A stretch of 63,048 nucleotides of DNA, filler included, from Octopus bimaculoides (lineage: Eukaryota), in the NCBI RefSeq assembly GCF_001194135.2. It is 3 parts of 3 records of this genome, joined end to end, with 100 filler letters (N's around TTAATTAATTAA, not from the genome) between each part and the next. Parts side by side here need not be neighbours in the genome. Positions count along the whole stretch, not along the records: positions 43,893 to 63,048 come from NC_068988.1; 2 more parts are not named here. One strand, written 5' to 3'. Shown here piece after piece: positions 52,487-63,048 of this stretch. The position numbers and the translations under genes are program-made. How positions within the stretch are numbered: the first letter of the stretch is position 1; each line of letters opens with the position of its first letter. The notes under the pieces were generated by a model. The model saw only the letters and a program-made list of their open reading frames with translations. It had not been told where the DNA came from and did not search any database.

Positions 52487-54972
52487 GTAATTTACGGTGA
52501 TTTTTCGTTTTATGAACATATAATGGTAGACACCAAACTGAAATGAAGTGAAACGGAGGGAACGGAAATCATAATCGTTAAGAATCGGTTATAAAATAGA
52601 AGTGAAAAGTAGAAGATTTATGTGTTAAAGAGAATGAAGCCCATCGGATAGTCACAGCAAATTGCTGGATTGTGATTCAACCGCAGCGATGCAGCAAAAC
52701 TCACTGGTCGATTGAGTATCACAAGATAGAAGGCCTATTCCTAGATATGTCATAGGTCTAAATGTGTGGCAGTTCTATTACTAGATTTGTGAAACTATCA
52801 TTAGATGGCAGATACAGTACTGTTGGTAGATCTTTCTCACTAGATACGCAGCAGATCATTCCTTTCGTTGCGATTACGTCCAACACCAGTTTTACAGACG
52901 CTTTCAATGTCACGTCAGCCATTATTTCATGAATAGATAAACAGTAATTTTCGCTTCATTTTATTATTTCAAATTAGTGCCGATTTAGTAACGATTATAT
53001 AACATTCAGAAGGTGGCGAGCAGGCAGAATCTTTAGTACGCTGAACAAAATGCTTTTCTTCCGGCTCTCTACGTTCAAATCCTGCCGAGTTTAACTTTGC
53101 CTTTCATCTCTTTGGGGTCGACAAAGCACCAGTCAAGTACTGGAGTCAATGGAATCAACTAGTCTCCTCCCCTCGAAAATTACTTGTTATGAACCCTGCA
53201 ATGGACCGAAGGTCCGTTCAAAAATACTTCATCTCGGTCAGTTAAACGCCCTGGCAACCGAGTAACCAGCCCGGGAGTCCTAAGGTTCGGCAGACAATAA
53301 TATTACATTCTGTCGCTTTCACTTATTCTATTTCTTCTCATTTTGTTGTTCGCCTTTGAATTGTAAGATCGCCTGCTTTACTCATTGGCCCCGAAATGAT
53401 GAAACGCAAAGAGGACTTCGACACAGAGCGTAGAGAACCAAAAACAAAAACAGTTTGGCATTTTTGCCTGATTTTGTAACGATTCTGCCAATTACAATTG
53501 CATTTCTTCATACGCTTTATTTTTTTCTTTCTTTTTACCGTGAAAATATATAAGATAATAAAACAAATTTGTATTAAAATAGAAATGTATCAGCTTTATT
53601 ATTAAAGAGATATTACTAAAATTATTTCATTACTATTAAAAAGAACTTTATTTTCCAAATATATTTTCTTGCTTTCGGGTATGATTTGATGAAGATTTAG
53701 TTACTATTTCTAGAAGCTCGATGAGTAAAAAGTAGCCTCTTCGTTGGTTTGCTGAATGCAATGACTGTCAGCTAAAGTGAATACGGAAATATTCGCATGA
53801 AGAATTCTGCTTGAAGGTCGTTGCTTGAAGAACGCCATCCGAAGCAGACTGTCCGAGAAACACTGCTTTATAAGAAACGCTGCCAGAGCAACGTAGCTGC
53901 ACAGTGAATGAAAAATGTTGTTTGTTTTGCCTCTGTGAACAGTTTTGCTGATTTCAAGATAACATATTCAAGTTAATGCCCACTGTTATGCTTCTCTTTC
54001 GACCTTTCTTTACATCTACGCTGTTCATCTATCAACTCTGACATGCAATTTCCTGCATTAACTAAACAGGAACACGAATTATTGAATCCCGAATGGGGAC
54101 TAGATTTTACTCACCAAACTAAAATGAAAATGAAAAACATTTATGCTATTTTTAAGCGACTAACGGACTTCAGTCGTGTTTTCAGTTAACAGTCAGATTA
54201 TTTTGGTATTTAGAAACTGATGTTATATAACAAAATTTTGTTGTTTTAAACTGACACGATTATACGCTTCTTTATATTTTACTTTTAAAACTTGGACTGA
54301 GTGAAACTTCCACAATAATTTTGACTGAGTAAACAACAATTATTTAATATTAAGGCCACTTCAAGAGCACTTCCTTCATGTGTTATGAGCAGCGCTGCAG
54401 GTTTAACTGATGGAAACAGCTGCTATTCATCAAATGACAAGCCATAGAACTTGTGTATGGGATGTGATGGAATTTACAATTATTTCAAAGATGTTTCAGT
54501 TTTAGTTCTTTGTTTTGTCTTTCGTTCTGAGTTTTTTTTTTCTCCCTCAAATTACTGTTAAATGTATGGTTATTTCCGTTGTTAACATGTTTTCGTTTAT
54601 GATTATGCGAATGAGGAGCAATGAAAAAGCCGGAACACAAGAATGGTAAACAACAGAACAAACAAAAATAACGGTTTTGATATTGGGCGTTCTTAAAGTC
54701 GCAACAGTTATTGCAGAAACAAATTTACTTTCTGATTGTTTTTTTCACTCTTGTACTTCAAAAAGCTAAAATTGTGATGATAGTACATCTATCCTAGTTT
54801 GGTGCCAAAAACTAGTGATAAATGAATCAGCGATAAAGGAATCATTTCCACGCACTTTGTAATTGGAACGAAAAGTAGATTCATCGACACCAAATTCCCG
54901 GCTTTCTGCAGCGAACCTTCCAGTCTATTTTCTTGATCCTCTCTACCTTTTCACCTAAAAAAATCCGCTCAC

Positions 54973-55001
54973 CTATGTCGTTTGTTAGAATTTGCTGCCA
55001 T
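54973..55001 (-). other. Candidate first coding exon (MAANSNKRH..) of an unidentified minus-strand gene
   Basis: AACATGG start context followed by the donor AG|GTGAGC at 54972. Confidence 0.3.
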
Positions 55002-55438
55002 GTTATCACAGATCAAACCGTGATGAACGTAACATGGCCCGCAATGAGCGTACCGTGTTATTTCGAATCAGCGATGAACAAATGATTGATAAATGAGACT
55101 ATATGTACGTGATTCTGTTCTTTTCCTTTATTTTTCTTACACTTATTCCGGTCTTCTCACTGTTTTTCTTAATTTTTTTTTACCTTACCTGAAAAACCAT
55201 ACCTGAATATTCCCGAATAAAATCAGTTTTGTAATGTCGCCATCCAGTTGGCTCTTCTACCTTTTGTTTCTCTTCTCCACTCTTATAGCAATTCAACAAA
55301 ATCGGCTCGAAAAGAATTACATTCATATTTTCTCTCGTTTCTTTTTGCATTATTTTATTTTCGTTTACATTTCATATTTTGTTGCTTTCTTATTTTGTTT
55401 CTTTTTTCTTTCCTCTGCGTAGTTCGGTTATTTCATTG

Positions 55439-55473
<35 letters not shown>

Positions 55474-55543
55474 TGTGTGTGTGTGTGTGTGCGTCAGTGC
55501 ATAGCGCACACACATATATACATGATACATACATGTATATATT

Positions 55544-55589
<46 letters not shown>

Positions 55590-55810
55590 TAATTCCGGCT
55601 TTGCTTTTAACTGTTGTTTTCGCTTTGTTTTCTCTTTTGCACATTAGTTTCGCCTCCTTCGCTTCGTCACTGAAATACAATCCACTCACATGAATGATTC
55701 AGAACAGATGATATGGTATAAATAGACGACGACTGTAGCATCACAAGTTGATGATAAACATTAAAACATTCGTATAAAACAGCCATCATCAAACAATCAA
55801 CAAATTCAAG

Positions 55811-55872
55811 CGCTGAGAGGCGCTGAGGGACGCTGAGGGGCGCTGAGGGGCGCAGAGGGGCGCTGAGAGGCG
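55811..55872. repeat. GC-rich 10-bp minisatellite (CGCTGAGRGG)x6
   Basis: Six consecutive 10-bp units with 0-2 mismatches each. Confidence 0.95.
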
Positions 55873-56891
55873 GTTAATAGACAGACGAAGCTCAAGGGAA
55901 TGCCAAAGGGGCGGAGCAAAACTATGCGACAAAAAAAATGTTTATGTTTACATATCACCAATAATTAGAGGAATGAGGCATAAAGACAAACATTGCCCAG
56001 AGTGAAAAAAAGAATCTGCAGAATATGAAAGGTGAGAAGCTTTTAAATAAAGATCGGTAAAAATGATGGCTATTAACCAGAGAAAATATTATATATCTGT
56101 GTATATATATTCTTTTATTCTTTTATTTGTTTCAGTCATTTGACTGCGGCCATGCTGGAGCACGGCCTTGAGGGGTTTTAGTCGAACAAATCGACCCCAG
56201 GACTTATTCTTTATAAGCCTAGTACTTATTCTATCGGTTTCTTTCACTGAACCGCTAGGAACATTCTTGTGTAGTCTCGGCCGGTTAAGCCACCGGTGGA
56301 CGAAATTTAACTTTCTGTAGAACAGAGTGAAACTTGTTATTAAAAATATATATAACTACCAAATGTTTTGAATGTTACTCTCCTTCCTTTGTTCACTCAC
56401 TCATGCATTCATATTGTTTATATATGCATGTATGTATATATATATANNNNNNNNNNNNNNNNNNNNNNNNNNNNNNNNNNNNNNNNNNNNNNNNNNNNNN
56501 NNNNNNNNNNNNNNNNNNNNNNNNNNNNNNNNNNNNNNNNNNNNNNNNNNNNNNNNNNNNNNNNNNNNNNNNNNNNNNNNNNNNNNNNNNNNNNNNNNNN
56601 NNNNNNNNNNNNNNNNNNNNNNNNNNNNNNNNNNNNNNNNNNNNNNNNNNNNNNNNNNNNNNNNNNNNNNNNNNNNNNNNNNNNNNNNNNNNNNNNNNNN
56701 NNNNNNNNNNNNNNNNNNNNNNNNNNNNNNNNNNNNNNNNNNNNNNNNNNNNNNNNNNNNNNNNNNNNNNNNNNNNNNNNNNNNNNNNNNNNNNNNNNNN
56801 NNNNNNNNNNNNNNNNNNNNNNNNNNNTATCCTTTTGTTATTTACACCACCTGTCCTCGTCTGTTGTTATTATTTGTATATTCTCCCACCT

Positions 56892-56963
<72 letters not shown>

Positions 56964-56970
56964 TGGTTGT

Positions 56971-57520
56971 CTACTCCTTATGCAGTTTGACCACCTCCTG
57001 TACCGACACTTTATGGCATCTGATGTGGCTTTTTAATCCAGACAATGTATTGAAAAGACACCCACATAGATTGGACATCCGATTTGGACCATCAAGAGCT
57101 GCAGATAAGTTCTGATTTTTGTGGGTCTTAAAATGTCTTTTGAGGCCTCCGTTAGATTTGCAAACCTTCTGGCATACACTGCATTCAAAGGCAGAATACT
57201 TGGTGGAGGTTCGTTTTCCATGGGTTCGCAAACATACGTACATACATATATACATACATGCATGCATGCATACATACATGCATACATACATACATACGGA
57301 CGTACATAGGTACATACGTGCATACACACATACATATACACACCAATGACAACATCCTGATCTGATAGATTACTGGACCTTCAAAATACCCGCCATTTAA
57401 ACAATTTAATAACTCCCAGTTAACCAAGAACCATAAGTCTTCGAATCTTTCAATGGTTCCAGCTTCGGTAAAGCTGCGGCCAAGCTTTAGTTTCTCGACA
57501 CAAAGTTGTATCACTGAGGA
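56971..57520 (-). mobile_element. Probable LINE 3' end with two C2H2 zinc-finger motifs, interrupted by a (TATG)n insertion
   Basis: CSVCQKVCKSNGGLKRHFKTH is a perfect C-x2-C-x12-H-x3-H; SNLCGCLFNTLSGLKSHIRCH has lost its first Cys; no TGEKP linker; the ORF N-terminus is microsatellite. Confidence 0.5.
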
Positions 57521-59995
57521 AAAGAACTAGTTCTACAAATTTCCTCTTTGTTTCCACTGAAATGGATAGAGAATGCAGTCAACCTTTTACTTATCTTTAC
57601 GTTTCTGGTCTTTATGAACGGCACCATTGAGGCATTCATCCTTTGGCCTATTAACTGTGATGTAGCAAACAAGATAATTCAAAAATAATCTCAATATCTT
57701 CACAAACTCTAGTTTATTCTGTCCATATAATATTCGTTTCTACTCTAGGCACAAGGCCCGAAATTTTGAGAGAGAGGGCCAGTCGATTAGATCGATCCCA
57801 TTACGCAATTGGTATTTAATTTATCGACTCTGAAAGGATGAAAGGCAAAGTCAACCTCGGAATTTGAACTCAGAACATAAAGACAGACGAAATACCGCCA
57901 AGTATTTCGCCCGGCGTGCTAGCGTTCCTGCCAGCTCGCTGCCTTCTGTCCATATAATATTATATGAGTGCATGTGGACTAAATGCTCGATGTTTAGTTA
58001 TTTTTTGTAAACTAACAGCCTCAATGCACAGTTAATATAAACATGAGTTTTACTTGAAAAAAGCAGCCCAGTTGCGTTGAATGGATGTGTATAATAAAGA
58101 GTGATAAAATGGCATGTTGGCTCTGACTGTAGCGACAGATAAAAAACCATGATGTTTCCGATGTTTCTAAACGTTGAAATTATTCTCATGAGGGACATAA
58201 CAGCATTACGGTATGCATATATAAATAAATAAATATATATNNNNNNNNNNNNNNNNNNNNNNNNNNNNNNNNNNNNNNNNNNNNNNNNNNNNNNNNNNNN
58301 NNNNNNNNNNNNNNNNNNNNNNNNNNNNNNNNNNNNNNNNNNNNNNNNNNNNNNNNNNNNNNNNNNNNNNNNNNNNNNNNNNNNNNNNNNNNNNNNNNNN
58401 NNNNNNNNNNNNNNNNNNNNNNNNNNNNNNNNNNNNNNNNNNNNNNNNNNNNNNNNNNNNNNNNNNNNNNNNNNNNNNNNNNNNNNNNNNNNNNNNNNNN
58501 NNNNNNNNNNNNNNNNNNNNNNNNNNNNNNNNNNNNNNNNNNNNNNNNNNNNNNNNNNNNNNNNNNNNNNNNNNNNNNNNNNNNNNNNNNNNNNNNNNNN
58601 NNNNNNNNNNNNNNNNNNNNNNNNNNNNNNNNNNNNNNNNNNNNNNNNATATATATACATCAAGAATCTTGCACACGAAATACACATACGAAATATATAT
58701 ATATAATTTTAACACACACACCGGTAAAATTTCCACATTTTAGAAAAATAAAAAAGAAATAAGTGGAAATTTTACTGGTGAGTGTGTTAAATTATAAGGC
58801 ACTATTTACATGTATTTTTTTGCAAATATACAAATAAGAAATGAGTATTATTCAATTTTATATTAAGCAATGTTAGCTGGGTGAGATTTAAATCCAGAGT
58901 CGAAAGAAACTAAGACTCTGACTGTCGACTATTTAATCCAAATCCTACTGTGTCCGCCATCTTGTCGTACATATAATCCTATAATTCTTATGTTTATCGT
59001 TAGTATATTCATAGTATTATCTTAATGAGAGTATTACCACCATAGGACGAGTAACTTTGGAGGTATACTTTTGTGATCATGGGTAATATCAGGAAGTATG
59101 GCAGACATGCAATAATTATAATTTAATTTTTATCAAATTTATTGCTGCTTGTACAAATTTATTGCTGCTTTTCAAAAGAAAAATATTTATTACTTTAAAA
59201 TGAAATTTAATAAAACTAATTTCTTATTTGTATATATGCAATAAAAATATGTAATTAATTTTCTAAATTTTATCAACCTAATCGCAATGTATATCATGAA
59301 AAACCGTTCTTTAAAAATATGTATTTTTCAGAAATTTTAAAGTCATTCTGCATCTTTCATGTTAACTCTTTATATATCTTCTCTTTTTTTACTTCCTCTC
59401 CCTCTCTTTCTCTATTCCAGGCAAAGTACGACTAGAGAACCAACCGACCGACCAACCAACATTCATATCGGTTATTATTAAGTAGAGATTGTCTCACCTT
59501 CTAAAAGTTCATATAATTTATGTCATACTACAATTTTCCTTCTTTTTTTTTTTTCATTTATTGAATCGTGTGTAGAATGTATCATAGATTAAAACAGGTC
59601 AGTAAATTAATTATATCATTAATCTTAGATTTATAATAGTTATTAAGACTTTCAAAATGGCTGCTTTGTCGTATAATTTTTTCCCGTTGTACAGATATGA
59701 CCAGGCCACATGATGAAGTGATCAAAGTTTAATAGACACACATCTGTTTAAAACAGATTTACTTGGATGCGGAATAAAAGCTTTGTAGACGACATCATTG
59801 ATTTTAATGAATTGAAATAAAAGGTGACATTTGAAGTTAAAATTAATAGTGTTAAATCAACAATCACATAATTGCTAATGATGTTTCGTCATGAGCAGCT
59901 CATATGGATTAATTGATTGATATAGAGAAGCCAACGTTGAAGCACTTTTTGTTATAAATCAGTTTGTACAGTAGTCGTAACTGACAAGGCGATTA

Positions 59996-60042
<47 letters not shown>

Positions 60043-60156
60043 TTCTCTCTATATCTTTCTCTCTCTCTTTGTCTCTCTCTCTTTCTCTCTCTCTCTNNNN
60101 NNNNNNNNNNNNNNNNNNNNNNNNNNNNNNNNNNNNNNNNNNNNNNNNNNNNNNNN

Positions 60157-60212
<56 letters not shown>

Positions 60213-60598
60213 AAAGTACCTAATGAAACAACAGCTTGCAATGATAGGAAAAATACAAGCCGAACCTCTATGACCTTCCATTTCAATTGCAAGTCGATCG
60301 GTTGTGAATGTATGCGGTCAGTCAAACTGATATTCATCTTATGAAAAATCTACGGTTATATTAATAGATTATAACTGCAGATTTTTCTTTCATGGGGAAG
60401 GTAACATAGTCTGGGCTAAATAACAGTAGCATTCTTCCCTTTCATGGGGCTGTCACATTAAGTTGACAACATACTATCACTTTATCGTGCTGCTACTGCA
60501 TAAATCTCTATGAGAGATTTAGAAATATATCATTTCTATAGTCTAGATTGTTTTTAATTGTATGTAGGTAAATTTCAATTCAAATTTAAATTAATTTC

Positions 60599-60656
<58 letters not shown>

Positions 60657-63048
60657 TTTGCTCTCCTTCTGCACAGCTAAGGAACTGTGACAAAAAAATT
60701 ACTAAGGAAATGTTCTCATATATCTTAGCTTACCTTTCTTTCTGTGTCTTATAATAAAATAATATAAGTATAATTAAGAAATTCTCAGAGTCCTCGCACT
60801 GATGATATTCAACTAGATCGAAATAGCTTCATATACGAGTACTGAAGTTTTCATAATTGAACACGAATTTAAGGAGTCCATAACTGAAACAAGAGATGAA
60901 ATATCAGATTATATGCTGCACTCTATCTTATCTTAAACACTAACGAAATAAATTTAATACTACTTCTATCAAACGGATTATCTCCCTTGCAGTGGAACGA
61001 CCAATGAAACGACATTTAGTCACCCAAACATTCATAAAAGCTAAAGATTGTATAACCTTAAAATATGAGGCTCGTCGCATCTGTTACACTTGCGACTTTG
61101 TTAATCCAGCAATGAATGCTATTGAAAAAGAAAGAGAAGAAAAGTGCAAAGAGAAAGAGAGATACAGAGTGTCGGAGTTCCTGCTGTTGTTGCCTGTGTT
61201 GCTGCTGTTTTCGTTTTTGTTTTGTCCTAAATCGGTTCTGGTCCAGTGGTCCCACAACCCAAAGATATTCCAGCCATGGCCATCCGTCTTTTTGTACATC
61301 AAGGACCACTGCATAACTCTATGTGTCCTCCTGTTTCAAGGATGCGATTTCGGCAAAATCTGGCTGTGGTTTCTAGCAGACCGAGGAATTGCATACAGGT
61401 TTGCACGTTGTTGTTGTTGTTGTTTCCACATCGAACAAACGCTGGATCAATAGTATTCTAACCGTTGCAATACTGTCTTTTCCTTGTACACAAGGAACTC
61501 ACGGCTACATTAACCAACGCGTCCATTTTGAAAACGATAGAGTGTTGTTTGAAGTAGATTTGGCTTCTATTTCTAGCATGTCGAATGGCCGCATAGAAGC
61601 TCTCACATTGGCTTGAAACACTCTCGAGACGAGAATGTCTTGGGGGTGAGGAACGATAAGAAGCAATTTTGAAGAGTTTTTCTTCTTCTCAAGGTCACAA
61701 AATCGTTCTCAGTTGTAAGGATAAGAGCACGACAACAAAGACTAAACCAGACAATAACAAAGAGAAAACAACAATAAAGACAAAACAAATAAAACACCGT
61801 AAACAATATTGTTGAGACGAGAATGGCAGAGTTTCGTTGACAAATAGTTTGAAAGATGGAGAGGGGGACGGGGGGACGGGGAGGGCATGTTGGTAAGATT
61901 CGTTTCCTTACAAAAGTATGGCTTCAGCGAGAAACTAGAGAAATCAAATAAATAAACTTCGAGTATGTATAAATGTGTGTGTGTGCGTGTGTGTATGTGT
62001 GTGTGTGTGTGTGTGTTATGTTTCTGTACACAGTTTCTACCCCGGGTGGGTTGTTTATGACTGCCGTGAACAGAACGTGGCTAAATTCTGAGTACACTAT
62101 CAAATTTTGATATAATAAATGTGTGTGTACTGAGGTATTTATATATGTGTGTGTGCATGTTATTTTTCAGTTTATTTCAAGATTTCCTGCCAATAAAAAA
62201 AGAGCCGGTTTCTAACTTGGGCCTAACGACAATTAAGGGGTGATTCCGCGTTCCCTACAACTCCAGAACTCCCAAACTGGAGCCTCGCCACTGGATGCAG
62301 CTTAATGTCCTACCCATGGGTAGAGGGGTATCTCGGTATGTTTGACAATGCGTTTGGTAAGGCATTGTCTTCTAAGAGAAAGATTCTCTGGCATAGGACT
62401 TGCGGTCAAAACAGTTACCGGTCATCTTGCAGCGCTTGTCACTTGAAAATTCCATTGCGACGGAGAGAGCGGCAAAAGTGTTGCACAAGTTTTTTGTACT
62501 TAAATCCAACGCCTTACAGATGTTTCCCTGTCATTTCGTTTCTTGATGTTTTATATTCTATAAAGTCCAACGGTGATGGATATCCGCGCACACGCAAAGA
62601 TGAAAGGAAATCAGAAAAACCAAGGTGAACGAGAGACAGTGATCCTCTGACAAGATGAGGCAACCATCATGTGTGTACGTGTGCGTATGGACATCTGTAT
62701 GTATGTGTCTATGTGTGTGTGTGTGCATATACACATCTGTGTATGTTTGTATGCATGCATGTGTCTGTATTGAGTACATGTAGATATGTAATATACATGT
62801 ATGCGTTTATTTTTATATGTATGTGTGTACGTATGTATGCATGTATGCACGTATGTGTGTGTGTCTGTGTTATGTATGTAATACGTGTATGTATGTATGT
62901 ATGTATGTATGTGTGTATATATATATATGTGTGTGTGTGTGTATTTATATATATATCTGTATGTATATATATATATATATATTTATATGTGTATATATAT
63001 TTATTTATATGTGTACGTATATGTATATTTATATATATGTATATATAT

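Noticed and set aside
60795-60835. CTGATGA..GAAA hammerhead-like core
   Set aside because: No helix II pairing and no flanking helices.
60992-61453. 153-aa plus-strand ORF
   Set aside because: Built partly from low-complexity repeats and the antisense of a probable retroelement relic; no domain recognised.

Overview
AT-rich, microsatellite- and retroposon-dense animal genomic DNA from a gapped draft assembly. The SINE families and repeat landscape look like a coleoid cephalopod (Octopus); this is an inference from remembered repeat sequences, not a database result. Two identical synthetic 100-bp joins (44 N + TTAATTAATTAA + 44 N; 30885-30984 and 43793-43892) split the window into three scaffold-derived segments. 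Two host protein-coding units are recognisable. One is a large minus-strand exon of a chitin/polysaccharide deacetylase (CE4) with all five catalytic motifs but one in-frame TAA (31815->30985, truncated by the join). The other is a compact plus-strand TMEM74/neurensin-like two-TM ORF (51182-51568). Mobile elements include a nearly intact Tc1/mariner transposase with DD36E spacing, fragments of Tx1/L1, CR1, RTE and RLE-type (R4/Dong-like) LINEs, Penelope-like termini, hAT and mariner MITEs, and dozens of tRNA-derived SINEs. The left segment (1-30884) appears CpG-decayed and the right segments CpG-retaining. Several unassigned splice-signal-flanked exon and microexon candidates hint at further genes. 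No CRISPR, rRNA or genuine tRNA genes were found. I cannot support a claim of a wholly new biological system; the strongest leads are listed as findings. Repeat boundaries are approximate, and most ORFs in the supplied track are microsatellite or N-gap artefacts.
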